Source: Rhodosorus marinus CCMP1338 (taxonomy: Eukaryota > Plantae > Rhodophyta). From it: DNA of 64,000 nt. The stretch's first letter is position 1. Every line of letters starts with the position of its first letter. Made by a program: the position numbers and the translations under genes. The notes beneath the pieces were generated by a model. It had not been told where the DNA came from and did no database searches. It worked only from the letters and a program-made list of their open reading frames with translations. The stretch spans positions 868,001 to 932,000 of the forward strand of contig JAMWBK010000012.1 in assembly GCA_029953675.1 (NCBI GenBank), in the 5' to 3' direction. Positions 1 to 12,193 of this stretch are shown here, in pieces.

Positions 1-869
1 TATGATCTACTTCAATCGCTTAGGTTACTGCTCGTTGCGGGCGTTCCTCCGGACCGGCAGAACAGTACTGGAGCTCAACCCGATTGAGGATGAATACCTG
101 CTCGCCGAGAATACGCTTTGCTGGAAGGAGCTTCGGGAGCCCAAGCTCAGGGTCTGGCTAGGGAATTTGTCGGCCTCGCGACGAATAAGCTAATTCGCGA
201 TTCAAACGCGTTGTTCCCGCACGTACTGTGTACGAGTGATACCCCGGAAAGCGCTTCGTTTCCATAGGGGTTTTGCTCGCCATAGTCATATCAACCTGCC
301 TGGAGACCAGCAGCTTTCCAAGGCGACGGACTTGCCGCAGCTCCCGACTTTGGCAAGCTCATTCCCGGACGGTCGCTGAAGAAGCCTGGTGGCTTCAGTC
401 TTCAGCTGCAGGTGCCGTTGAGAGAAGATTGTCAGCTTCTGAGCAAACAGTAAGAATCTCTGAAGCTTCCTGTGACCTGAAGAACGAAGCGGCTGCCTTG
501 CTGACATGACTAAATGTCCCAAAATGTTGCATTGGGCTCTGCCAAACTTGTTTTGTTCATATGTACACCCTAATCCTATCCAAAACAAAACCGAAGACCT
601 CCACGAATCCAGAACGAGAGACTGAGAGCTGTTTTCTTTCTCTCCATGGCTGCGAAAAGTACAATCTCCTATCTACGAGCTCGCTCTGCCATCCTCGGGC
701 GGGCTGTCTGCTTCTCTGCGTCTAGTGGACAAGCGCGACATACCATGAAACCCGCTTCATCTCTGTCTTTCGGACAAGTTCAATTCGCGCTTCCCACAGT
801 CTCGAGCTTCCGATTGCGAGCCGGGGCTTCTTCTCTCAGTCGATAGGTCGGGTCAACTGGGCTGGTGTC

Positions 870-2925
870 TCAAGCTCTATAGTAGATCTGAAGTGAATTG
901 AGGTACGACGCTCTGAACCCTCCGAAGAGGATAAGAGGTAGGTGTGGGTGGAACAGGCAGCTGGGCTCCGTCCCCGGGAACAAGTTCAGCATCCGGTGCG
1001 CTCGAAGACGGAAAAGCAGTCTGCTGCTATCCGCAGAGGAGAAATCATGAAATCTGTTCATGGTCCTCATTCGTGGTGGCGTTGTCTGAATCTCCGATCC
1101 GTCCAGCGTGGGCAACACCGTAATGTCATAGTTAAAGACGCTCCTGGCAAGGAAACACACGAGCTTCAGTCATCATCGCCCAAGTGGGGTTGACGGCTTA
1201 TCCAGGGTCTCTCTTACCGGTCTAAATAGGGACTCCAGTTCCTCTTCTGCGCCTTGGCCGGGAGACTGCGAAGCAGGCTGTCCTCTCTGTACACGGCCGT
1301 TTTGAAACTTACAATCCATGGTACAGCGTCCGCACAGCCAGAGCTCGCGCGTTCAAAGATTTCGGGATCTCTCTGCGAATGTGAGGAACAGAAATGGAGC
1401 TCACCAGGTTAACGACAATCACCGTGAGAGTCCGAAGCTTGTGAACACGTACTTTGTAGATGCGAAGTAGTTCGGGTGATGCGAATTTGAAGACCGCGAG
1501 GGGTGCGCTCTTGGATATAGAATACACGAGGAAGAAACCCTGCGGGTTCAACATTATGGGTCCGAAGAGAAGCAAAACGGTGAAGTCATCCAGTAATTGG
1601 ATCTATTGGAAATTGGAGCAAGCCCGTTGAGAGAGCACGTGGGGAAGATGGAAAGCAGCTTCGGCTCCGTCGGGACGGCACGTACGCTCATGATTCGCCA
1701 GTGACTTCGAGTTTCAATCGTCTGCAGAATCTTGCTCACGCTCTCTCCTTCACGCATCTGCCCTCGAAAAGTCGCCACCAGCGCCTGCTGCATAAGGACG
1801 GATAGAGAACTCGGCGGCCTAGCCTCCTCCGGTGGCCGCTCCGCTGTTTCTTCTCCTCCTTCGCCGCCGCCGGATGTCGTTTGCTGGCTGCCACTCTGCC
1901 GGACTGGATCTACCGGGGATTCTCGTCGCCGATCCCGGTGCAACGCTGAGTCAAGGCTGAAGTTCGATGCCTCCTGCTCTTGCGCTCGAAACTTCTCCTC
2001 CCTCAGCCTCACTTGCTCAATCTCAAAGTTATCCTCGTACCCGCGTGCCAGTCCGAACGTCTTCACGCTTTCCAGACTCCCGTTGTCCTCTCTTACGTCA
2101 AGGATGTGAACCACCTGTCAATAGCAACAGCGGAAGAGCTACGCTCAATCAAAGCGTCCAGTACGAAGCTCCGGGCGAAGCTGGAGTAGAAGTGGAATGC
2201 ATCTCAGGCTCATTGGTGCTCCGTGGCCTGGATTTAACATGTTGAATAGGTCGGTTCCTCTCGGAACTGAGTGGCGAAAAGCAGGAGGGGCAAGGCGGAC
2301 TTTTTGGGAGATCTGGCAATCGTACCTGGATGGTTACTGAGAGGACGGCGATTCGATTGTCCAGCATGTGCACGATTGGATCTGTTCTCTCGAACTCTGG
2401 TAGTGGGAATCTGTCGACGACAGTTGCGGTTGAAAAGTCAACTGAACAGACATGGACGTCGTCAAGGAGCTCCTCCCGAGCGGTAAGAAAGATCCCGAAC
2501 CGGCCGGATTCTGTACAAAGGCAGTGGTCGAGTATTTTTGATCCCTCCGGTGCGAGGCTGATTCGCTTTTCTACTGGAAAGAAGGACCTAAAACCCAAGC
2601 GGCCGGGTGAGTCCTGGGGTGTGGTAAGGTACACCTCCTCAGAGGTTTTCTCGACGTCGTAGATGAGGAGATCGGTCCGACTTGACCCTACCGCGATGAG
2701 AAATCGACCGTCCGGGGTAAACCTCTGCACGTCGAACATCACCGGGAAATCCTGCAAGCCTGTCGCGCACCGATTGGGAACAATGTCCTGGTACACAAAC
2801 CGCTGAAACCTAACCTCATCCGCACTGCTTGACTTGGAATCCTCCCGACGAAATAACCGCCACAACAATCCTCGCTCAGAGCCATCCCGTCCTCCAGATT
2901 GCAACTCTACCACCAGACTCTCCAT
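870..2925 (-). CDS. DET1: DET1 (de-etiolated 1)-like protein, multi-exon
   Basis: Exons spliced by eye (e.g. intron 2325-2115 joining TIQ|VVHILDV) give DET1-like motifs: RFTPDGRFLIAVGSSRTDLLIYDV (cf. KFSPDGRYFIAFS), WRIMS|IQLLDD, FFLVYS, and C-terminal SVFNYD...FSSADSSRLLFRL...LFHPHLPL. Confidence 0.8.
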
Positions 2926-3035
2926 CCACGACTACAACCAACGCACCCAGTTCAAACCCCCCATAACAAGTAAAAAACTACTCAAGTCCTTCTTCTTCGT
3001 AGCCAAACCCAGTCTCTCAAAACATGCTCGTCTCC

Positions 3036-3435
3036 TCTTCGTCAAATCATCGGATCTAATCCAACCTTTCCCTCCTCATCAAACTTCATCAATCGTCCTT
3101 TTCCTCCACCACTTCCTCAATATCTTTAACCTCACTCAACAACTTCCTCTAGATGTTAAGCTGAAAATCTCTTTCTTATCCTCTTACGGTGTTTCTTCTT
3201 TCTTTCTTCAGCGTAATCCTCGCCAACCGAAATCTTCGTCAAATCATCGGATCTAATCCAACGTTTCGCTCCTCATCAAACTGTCATCAATCGTCCTTTA
3301 CCTCCACGACTTCCTCAAGATCTTTAACCTCCCTCAACCACTTCCTCTAGATGTTAATCTAAAAATCTCTTTCTTATCCTCCTACTGTGTTTCTTCTTTC
3401 TTTCTTTAGCGTAACCCTCGCCAACCGAAATCTTC
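3036..3435. repeat. Two-copy tandem duplication, period about 197 bp
   Basis: TCTTCGTCAAATCATCGGATCTAATCC starts at 3036 and again at 3233; similarity continues to ...CCAACCGAAATCTTC with scattered substitutions. Confidence 0.9.
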
Positions 3436-3589
3436 CCCTCCCCCTCCCCATCCAAAGCTCTTCGCATCACCTTCCCCAAACTGTTTTCTTCATCCACAAG
3501 CACGAGATCTAATCTGAAAATTTTCGAGTTTCCTTTATCGGTTTAGCTCCTTATTAGGGTTTCTAAAGGAAAAACGCGGAGAAGGGAGG

Positions 3590-3960
3590 GAGAATGGTTA
3601 TGGAATGGAGCTGACTTGATCATGGGTTTTCTTATCAAGCAAACTGTGCAGAGCACAGTCATCAGAAATCAACCCCCGCTGCCCCCCGCTCAAGTTCTCT
3701 AGCGCACGTTGGGATTTTCGAGTGTAAAAAGCAGAGAAGCGATGGAGAATGGTTGTGGAATGGAGCCGACTTGATCATGGGTTTTCTTATCAAGCAACTG
3801 TGCAGAGCACAGTTTTCTCAGTGAAAACCCGTCCTGAACACCGTTTTTTCTTATCAGAAAACTGTGTAGAGCACTGTTTTCTAATTGAAAACCGACTTGA
3901 GGACAGTTTGCTGTGTGCAGCACGGTTTCTTATTAGAAAGCCATCTTGGAGACAGCTACT
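3590..3960. repeat. Diverged direct repeats (GAGAATGGTT...TTTTCTTATCA...ACTGTGCAGAGCAC)
   Basis: A unit of about 70 bp occurs at about 3590 and 3746, with further partial TTTTCTTATCAG...CTGTG copies to about 3990. Confidence 0.75.
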
Positions 3961-4088
3961 TATCAGAATCTGTGCAGAACACGGTTTCTCATCTGAAATA
4001 CACCCACCGTTACCCCCTCAGGTCGTATCTACACAACTAGTTCCTTTTAGACTAGAGAAGAGGAGGAAGCTCTAAACGTCGTTTTGAG

Positions 4089-4191
4089 TTTTAGATTTGA
4101 GCACCACAGAGAGAGAGAGAGAGAGAGGGAGCTAGAGAATTTTAGATTTGAGCACCACAGAGAGAGAGAGAGAGAGAGGGAGCTAGAGAAA
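4089..4191. repeat. 51-bp tandem repeat containing an (AG)n microsatellite
   Basis: TTTTAGATTTGAGCACCACAG(AG)nGGAGCTAGAGAA occurs twice in direct succession. Confidence 0.9.
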
Positions 4192-4206
4192 TTTTGATTC
4201 AGTAAG

Positions 4207-5034
4207 ATGGAAGAACTGGAGCCAGCGATGGATGCGATGGTACTCGGCGAGTTTGAGAAGGCGGTCGAGCTTTCGCGCGAGGTGGCTTCCCCCGGAGGGT
4301 ATTCTGTATCGTTGGAGCTTCAGGGTTTGCACGAGCTGGGTCGAGATTCTGAAGCGCTGGAGTTGGTTCAGAGTTCTTTGGATCTCGTTAAGAGCTCCGA
4401 TACTTTTGCAAAAGTCTCGTGAGCCCGAATTGCCTTCCCCCGTGCACTGTCGAGGTTGACTGGATTCCTAAGCGTAAAAGCTTCTACCCCTTCTTCCAGG
4501 ATCAGTTTCTGCGTACATCAAGGGGACTATGAGCTCGCTGAGGAGGTCTTTACCTCATGGCTAGGTCAGCAAGATCTCTCTGGACGAAACAGCGTGTCAA
4601 CTGCCACCAGAGACATCATCATGGTCTACCTTGACAAGGTCGTTCGCTGTCAGCACGGACCGGAGGGCGTGAAGAAGTTCGCTGAACAAAGACTAGATCC
4701 TGAGCTCCGAGATCAGCTCCTCTCCGAGCTCATCGAGGAGCCTCGAGAAGACCCGTCCCCATCCCATCCGGAGGAAACAGACGAACAAGCTTCACGAGGA
4801 GCCTTGACGAACACGAGGAAGACAAGAATCGAACAGCTAAGGCTCACTATCTGGTCGAGAATCCAGTCCCTTGTTAAGGAAAGAGGCCCAACGACAGTTC
4901 TTTTCCTCGCCGTGACTCTGGTTTACCTCCTTCGAACTCGGATCTTCAGAAGACTCGCCCGGTATCTCACGAGATCAGTCCTCGATACGCTCCGAATGTC
5001 ACTGGGTCTTCACAGAAACTTTGCAAATACCTGA
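4207..5034 (+). CDS. PEX26/APEM9-like tail-anchored peroxin (2 exons, intron 4419-4499)
   Basis: The intron GTGAGC...TTCCAG joins the two ORFs in frame. LELQGLHELGR, ISFCVHQGDYELAEEVFTSWL and IIMVYLDKVV follow the spacing of PEX26 (GIQALAEMDR / [23 protein letters not shown] / FHVQRVL). A single C-terminal TM (VLFLAVTLVYLL) is followed by a basic tail. Family assignment is by eye. Confidence 0.55.
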
Positions 5035-5520
5035 GAGAGCACGACGAATTCTCCTGTCGAGACAGTCTCAAGAGCTCTACGCGCGAAGTGACGGACCAGG
5101 GAGGACGCGTGCTGGATACGTTTCCTTGCCAACCTCAGCCAGGCTAAACGGTCGTCCGAGTGAGTTTGAGACTCGATTGGAAGCGGTAGACGGATCTCCT
5201 GGTATCAAATATGACGTCATCGAACTGGGACTTTCATAAGACTGGGCAAATATCTCACGAGATCAATGCGTGATACTCCTTGACTGTCGCTGGGTCTTCA
5301 TAGCAACTTCGCGAATTCCTGGGAGAGCTCGCCAACCCTTCTGAAGAAGACAGGCTGTCAAGACTTCCAAAACCCGCGCGACCGACCCTGAGCAAGCTTG
5401 GATACGTTCATCCAAAACCTCAGCCTGACTACCTGCTCCTTTGACGCGTTTGAGACTCTCTTAAAGGGATCTCTTGGTAGAAAACCTGATGTTACAAGCT
5501 TGCATGGCATCTATAGAGTC
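4962..5520. repeat. Diverged tandem duplication of the 3' end and 3' flank of the PEX26-like gene
   Basis: ATCTCACGAGATCA...CTGGGTCTTCA...GGATACGTT...AACCTCAGC...TTTGAGACTC recurs in the same order about 285 bp downstream. Confidence 0.75.
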
Positions 5521-6799
5521 TGTTTGGTGATGTACAGCTGTCCAAGAGCGGCCCTACCCCGCGACGAGGACGTGGCCTTTCAGAAACGTGCGCACCACCA
5601 ACAAGGCAAAGTTGTGAGTGCTTCTATTAGACGTCACACTCCTCAGTGTACGTCCTGCGGTGCTCGAATTGTCCTCTGCCGGGGAGCAAGGCTGCGAGCA
5701 GCGACAAAACGTCACCTCGAGGGATGGATGCAAATTGTAAAGTTGCTACTAAGCTCTGTTTCTGTCTTTTTCGGCAAGTTTCTGCAGGCCTTACGTGTCT
5801 GAAATTGTCCGTCTACTTCGCCTCGTGGAAGTCGCCTTCAACAAGGGTATAAAGCTGTAACCTCGCGTTTATGGAAGTATATCCTAAAGATAAAATTTCC
5901 TGGCCAACAGGGTAGCCTCGCATGACAGCGAGCTAGCGAATGGCTTCTGTACGCTAAGAAGATACAGCATCGTTGAGAATCCATTGCTTTTACCCTAGAC
6001 ATATTGTAGTGCCCGAGTGCGTGTTGGACGCAAGTGATACGCAGGTACACGCCTTTGAGTCTGAATCTCTGGCACTATGAGGCGGCGTGCAACGCGGGTG
6101 TTCCGTAGGGGTACGCTTTGGGAATCGAGGTGACCGGGATTCACACATTTTTCTGTTCTCTTGTTCGTGTAGTGCTCCCGCCAGTCGCTCCGTCCTTCGC
6201 TGCTGTTGATCGAGCGAAGGCTCGACGTGCCCATCGTCCACAATGTGAGTGCAGCACTGATCGGCGCCGTCCGACCTAGATACCAACCAGCCTTAGGGGG
6301 GTTTTCCGGGACTGCCCGGACCAAGTATCGGCGTAGTTGATAGAATACTAGTTGTGAGAAGGAACTACGATGTGGGACAAGGGAAAATTGGTGCCGGAAA
6401 GGTCAATTGCGTTGGAAGTTATATTCTTCAACAAGACAGCTTAGATGTGCTCTTGGGGCAGCCTGCTCATGAACCAACGCCAAGTCTAAGGCGGATAACC
6501 GCTATCATAAACGAACATGTGAAATCGGGTTCTGGAAATGAAGTCGCCGAGAGTGACAGCATTCTGTTGCCCGGGTGCTTAGTGGGCTGAGCCAGTTTTT
6601 CCTTGAGAACCGATTCCGAAATCCTCTTCAACCCAACACAAACACCTCAACCCAGTCCAACACGACCACAGGAGAACTTCACCGTTGAGAATCGTAGCGC
6701 TGACGGTGTATTTCAAATCAAGAAAAAATCACCATTGCGCAGACGGGACTAGTCATACCTCTCGCTACCAGAGCAGGAAATCTGTAAAGTAGCTGGGAG

Positions 6800-7400
6800 G
6801 CTGATGAAGTAGTCTACGCTTGGGAGCAAATGCAACGCTTCCATAACCTTTTGGTCACCCAACGTCGCGACCAGAATTTGACACGTTGGACCGGGCAGAA
6901 CCCGAGAAGGTGCGGCAGACGACATGATTATCCATGACAATGTATCGATACAATGCATGGCATGTTGGCTATCGACTGAACGACATAAAGGGTACGAAGT
7001 GACAACACCGGGAGACCAATCTTCAATTACCAAATCGCTGTAGATCTGATGTTTCTTGAAGACCAATTTTTGCATATGTTATGCCTCGGCCCAGCCTTCA
7101 ATGCGGCGATATTGCCTCCCAAGAAGGCCGCAGATGCGACGTAGTCAGGTGCTCTCGAAGTCTGGGTGAATCTGAATAAATAAAATTCAAAAAAATAAAA
7201 AAAATGCCGGTTACCCCACATCATACGGGCGGACCAACTGGGAGAGTTGAGCTCCTTGTCAAATCTCAATACAGAGAAGCTAGTGTGTTCCTTAAGTATA
7301 TCTACCGGTATGGCCACTTCGCACTTTTTTTGGTTGAACATTTAGCTTATATGCCGGTCCATTGCCTCCGTATATCGCCATGGACAATGCTGTCGGTCCT
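6800..7400 (+). mobile_element. Decayed Ty1/Copia (GalEa-like) integrase remnant
   Basis: Frameshifted motifs in order: FGHP and CMAC (HHCC zinc finger), FNYQIAVDLMFLEDQFLHMLC...FNAA (integrase core), and PHHTGGPTGRVE. Contains stops and frameshifts. Confidence 0.6.
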
Positions 7401-10092
7401 TTCTCGGGTTCTGCCCAGTTCCTCTGTCAAATAGTCGTCGTGACATTGGGCGAACAAAATTCTCGTGGAACCATTCTATTCGCTCCTGAGTGCAGAATAC
7501 CTCATCAGTCTCCCAGCTAATGAAGAGAAAACTAACATGCCGTTCATTGTCTCCGTCTATCGCGATGGACAATCCTGCCCCCCTCCGCCGTCTCACCCAC
7601 TCGCAACAACTCTCGGTTAGCGCTAAGTCCAATCAACATCCGTAATCAGTCAGAATCCTATTGGTATCGATGAGACAGCTCTGGGACAGCTACCAAGCCC
7701 AGCTTGTTTCTAGAACGGGGTTGGTCCAACAAATCGTTGGGTAGTTCATGGCGGTGGGTACAGGGAGCACATATCCGGGTAGGATGCTTACCATGTTCAC
7801 GTTTGACTGTGGACATGAGGGCGGTGCATCCACCTCCGACTTTTTCGGGCATCTCCTAAATGTTTGACACTGGGAAAACTGTACTTCCGATGTCCTTCCT
7901 CGCATGGAGTGAGTCACTACAATGCCAAAGAGTCATGGGTTTGTAGCCTCAGCCTCTTTTTTGGAGAATTCTGAACCTGCGTTCGCCGCTGTTCTCTTCC
8001 ACGTTGATTTTGGTGTCTCCAGCAGCTCCTGTCTTTGGTCAGAGCCAAACTACATGAGACGCGTGAATGTAGATGGTGACGCCGCCCATGCAATATCAAG
8101 AAATTGTTGCAGGAGTACGTAAGGCTGTTGCCGAGTCGGCAGGTCTTCCCCAACGCGTACCAAACGCGCACCAACGGGTCAACTGGACGATGCGGCCATT
8201 CCTTTGAAGTGGTGTTGTGGAAGACAGCCGCTAAAGCGGTCCGATACTGGGCTCGATCTGTATCTCAGGTGTGTTTGAAGGATATTTATTCAAAGATAGG
8301 TCCGTGAGGAGGCTATCAAGACCAGCTGGGTCGCTACGAAGGAGGCACAAAGCCAAGCGGGAAGCATAGGTGTCGGTTTCCTGTAGCACCGGTATTTCAA
8401 TGACTGCAGTCAGTCATTTTACTCCCTTGCTCCACATGCACCAAGTTTTTAGTGAAATTCTCCCCTCAATATATTGTGTAGGGCCGTCTAGCACTTACAA
8501 CCCCCCTTTACCTTCACCTCCACAATATCATGTTGCATGTTTTTGTTCATTAAACTTAGTTTCTACCCTATTCGGCGCTCTTAGAAAAAAAATTTATAAA
8601 GGGGGGAGTAAATCAGTAGAGATATCATAGATTGAATAAACGATTGTTTGTTTGATACAAATTCGTATTAATTTAAAAAAACGATATATCGTTATTGTAC
8701 TTGACCAAGGATGATCGTAGAATACACCGAATTTGTTTTTCCAAGATATTTTATATACTCAGGGTAGATTTTATAATATTTCTATATTTTTGGAAATTAA
8801 TAACCGTTTCTAATAAGTAATATTATTTTCATTGGCTAGAATCCAACGTATGATCCCTTGATCATCTTTCTATTCGATAACATAGATTGAAATAAAGAAT
8901 AAATTCGTCGTAGTATTATTCGGTCTAATTTATTGAATAATACGAAAACAATGTGTCCAGTTTCTAGTGGACCTGATCACACCCAATTTCCAATTTCCGA
9001 ACAGGGAAAAATGTTTTGAAGATTTTATTTGATGCATTCGTCAATTTCGAGATGACCTCAATGAGGGGGTTGGGGGGTTGAATTGGGGGTAGGGTAGGAA
9101 AAGGAAAACAGCCAAACGTGGCTTGAGAATTTTCTCAACCCCTCTGCAAAGGACGCACAAATAAACCCTCAAAAACCAAAAAAAATACTACTACTTGTCC
9201 CGTGTCACTATTTTTTTGAAACTATTGTATTTACAAACTTTCTAACCCTTTAGAAAACCCCCCAAAAAACAACTTCGCAAACAAGTAGCAGGGAGTTCCC
9301 AAACTAGCTGGGGGGTAGCGATAATATCATTCCAGCCCCAGGACCATTTTGAAAAATGTGTGGAAAACAAAAATTTCACTATTCTTCACAAAAAAATAAC
9401 GAAAATTAATAACGTCCAATATTAGTGATGTGTCTTAACTTTCGTCTTTCCCACCCAAAACACTACCGAAACCGACGATGTTAAACTCCCATCCCAATTC
9501 CCACAAGAAAATTCCCTCATCCCGACAAACGCGAGGCCAAAACAGTTCTCATTTATAATCGTCACCTCCTATTTCACTTTATTGACTGATTAATATGGAA
9601 TAAATATAATAAAAAGAACTATGCAGTCTATATTACTAAGTGACATATATAACCCGTTTTAAGATCCATTCAGCATGGGATCAAACTGGGAATTGTTTTT
9701 AGATGTTTTTATAGAGTTCCCGGAAACAGACATAAAAATAGTTATCATATGTAATCGTCACCAACGGAAAAGGATAGTTGACTGAAATATTCCTATCGTG
9801 TATAATAAAAATGATTATTCAGTCTTTATTTGTTAATGACACTTATATATCGTTTTGTTTTTGGTTTTGGTTCAGCATGACGATCACTTGAGGAGTTGAA
9901 AGGGTTTGAGGAGGGAGCTGGGGGGAGGGGTGCGGGGGAGGGTTGGGAGGCGGGTAGGCATACAGAATAGTTGGATTTAGAAGTGGTGGAAGAAGCGAAG
10001 GGGGTTAGGGAGAGCTGGAATATGAGGATTTGAGCTGTGTCCATTCTGAAAAGGTAGGGTTTTAAGGGGACATTGACAGAATTTGAGACAAG

Positions 10093-11236
10093 ATGGATGA
10101 GGAGAAGGGAACGACAAGGTCTATGAAGATTTTGATGTCGGTAGCTCTGTACTGGGTGATATCAATTTCTATTGTGTTTGTCAACAAGACGCTGTTGAGT
10201 AGTCCGACGAACAACATCGATGCGCCGTCGTTTATCACGTGGTACCAGTGCGTGGTGACCGTTGCCTCGGTCTGGTTTATGGGTACCATGGGGATCGCCA
10301 ACGTACCCAAGTTTGAGCTGAAGAGAGACGTGCTTCCGAAGATCGTCCCACTTTCCTGCGTCTTCACAGGAATGATCCTCCTGAACAACCTCTGCCTCAA
10401 GTACGTGGAACTCTCGTTCTACCAGATCGCGAGATCCTTGACCATCCTCTTCAACGTCGCGTTTGACTGGATTGTTCTTGGCAACCGAACTTCCCTCAAA
10501 GCATTCGGATGCGTCCTCCTCGTCTTCTTCGGTTTCCTTCTCGGAAACAAAGAGGTAAGGACAGAAGTCCATTAAAAACTCCAAAGTTTTATATCTAACG
10601 TGCAGAATATGTTCCTTAGGAGGTGAGATGGTCAGTTCAGGGAGTTGCGTACGGAGTAAGCGCGTCTTTTTTCGTTGCTATGAATGCAATTTACGTGAAG
10701 AAGAAGTACCCTCTGGTTGACAACGACCCATGGAAGATTACCTTGTACAACAACTTTATTTCGAGCTTCCTGTTCTTCCCTATTATGTTCGGATTTGGCG
10801 AGCCCAAGATCGTCATGCAGTCTCCCAATATCTACAGGTCAGAATTCTGGGTCCTGATGACTTTCGGGGGTGCCCTGGGTGTGCTCATCTCCTTTGCTAC
10901 CGCAGCACAGATCAAATACACCAGCCCTCTCACTCATAACATCTCCGCGACTGCAAAGGTAAGCTTTCACACGCCCTCCAATGGACTCGCAGTCAACTTA
11001 ACCGCCCTGCTGGTCGAACTCGCGACAACTAGGCTGCAGCTCAGACAGTCCTGGGGCTAATGTGGTATAAAAACCCGATCACTCCTCTTGGAGGCCTGTC
11101 CGTTGGCATCGTGCTCGGTGGAAGCCTGCTGTACACGCTCATCAGGAGATCGGAGATGCAAGCGAAGGATAAAGAGGCCAAGGCCGTGGTTGAGGAGAAG
11201 CAACCCGCGATTGAGGAGAAGAAGATTGCATCATAA
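10093..11236 (+). CDS. SLC35C1: GDP-fucose transporter (SLC35C1-like), 3 exons
   Basis: VALYWVISISIVFVNKTLL, FITWYQC, NNLCLKYVELSFYQIARSL, IKYTSPLTHNISATAK|AAAQTVLG. Introns at about 10555-10619/22 and 10959-11032; stop TAA at 11234-11236. Confidence 0.9.
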
Positions 11237-12155
11237 ACTGAGACAGCCCGAGGCTGACCGTAAACCTAAGCCTTTACATCGCTATCAGAACGGCCGCGTC
11301 CACAGAAGCTCTCCCGAATGGGGACGGCCACCAAGTCAATACGGAATGGAAGCGGAAGTCACGTTGATGTTGTGAAGCGATGAGAAACGAGAAAAATAGA
11401 GAGAGAGAGAGACAAAGGGAGACAGACACACACAAAAAAAGACAGAAAGGTGGTTTCGTACAGTTCAATTAAAAGCGTTAATGACAAAAGAATAGCCGCT
11501 CAGGTTTTCGCCGCCAGCACGGAAAACGTCTGTCCTTCGGCTGAAGCCGCTCTCATTCGCCGCTGACGAATGCCCCGCGGAGACGGGACTGGGACACGCG
11601 GGAGAGGATAAGGAGACCAGTCATCCTGGAAAAAGATTCTTTCCTTGAGGTGAGCTCCTCTCATTCTTATGTGCCGATTGCAGCAGGGAGAAGGGGCTGG
11701 GATATGTCGGAGAGGACAAGTCATCGTTAAAAGAGACTACAATTCAAGGGTTACACTGGATCATCTGGCGAGATGGTCGATTAGGCACGAAGGTCATCCA
11801 GCGGGAAGACCCTTGGGAGGCCTCTTGGCTTTTAGCTAAACCTGCTCTGACCTCCATGAGCAGCACTGAGAAAGGCTGGGACATAGGGCGGGAGACCAAT
11901 GATCAGCGTGGGTTCTAGCCGTATCATACTTCGCGCCCAGCAGATGATCAAGACTCTCCTGATCGGATTAACTGAAAAGTCTGGACGTATTGCGCTAGAC
12001 TCGGGCTCTTGGGAATGAAAGTCTCTCTCAGTGGTATGCCACGGCCATCTCCACCAATTCGCTTGCTCACCCGGCAGCGTGGAGGAGAATGAGGAAGCTG
12101 ACCTATAGCCGGCACCATTTCTGGTCTGTTTTGTCGATTCTTGGGCGCCGACGTT

Positions 12156-12193
12156 TAACCCCAGACTAACGTAACCCCAGACTAACGTAACCG
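12156..12193. repeat. Tandem 16-mer TAACCCCAGACTAACG (2.4 copies)
   Basis: Read directly at 12156-12171 and 12172-12187, plus TAACCG. Confidence 0.95.

Noticed and set aside
2-588. Short ORFs at the window start
   Set aside because: May be the 3' end of an upstream gene, but no motif or splice pattern could be supported.
8600-9800. AT-rich tract (also 24.1-25.3 kb and 44.3-45.2 kb) as a possible centromere core or MITE
   Set aside because: No terminal inverted repeats, periodicity or ORF signal seen; ordinary intergenic or decayed DNA cannot be excluded.
11745-11870. Nested hairpin (CAAGGGTT/GACCCTTG, CTGGAT/ATCCAG) with U1-like words (TTACACTGG, CACGAAGG, TGACCTCCAT) as a U1 snRNA or ribozyme
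   Set aside because: The 5' splice-site-pairing sequence is imperfect, spacing differs from U1, there is no Sm site, and there is no hammerhead or HDV core. It would need an Infernal/Rfam hit.
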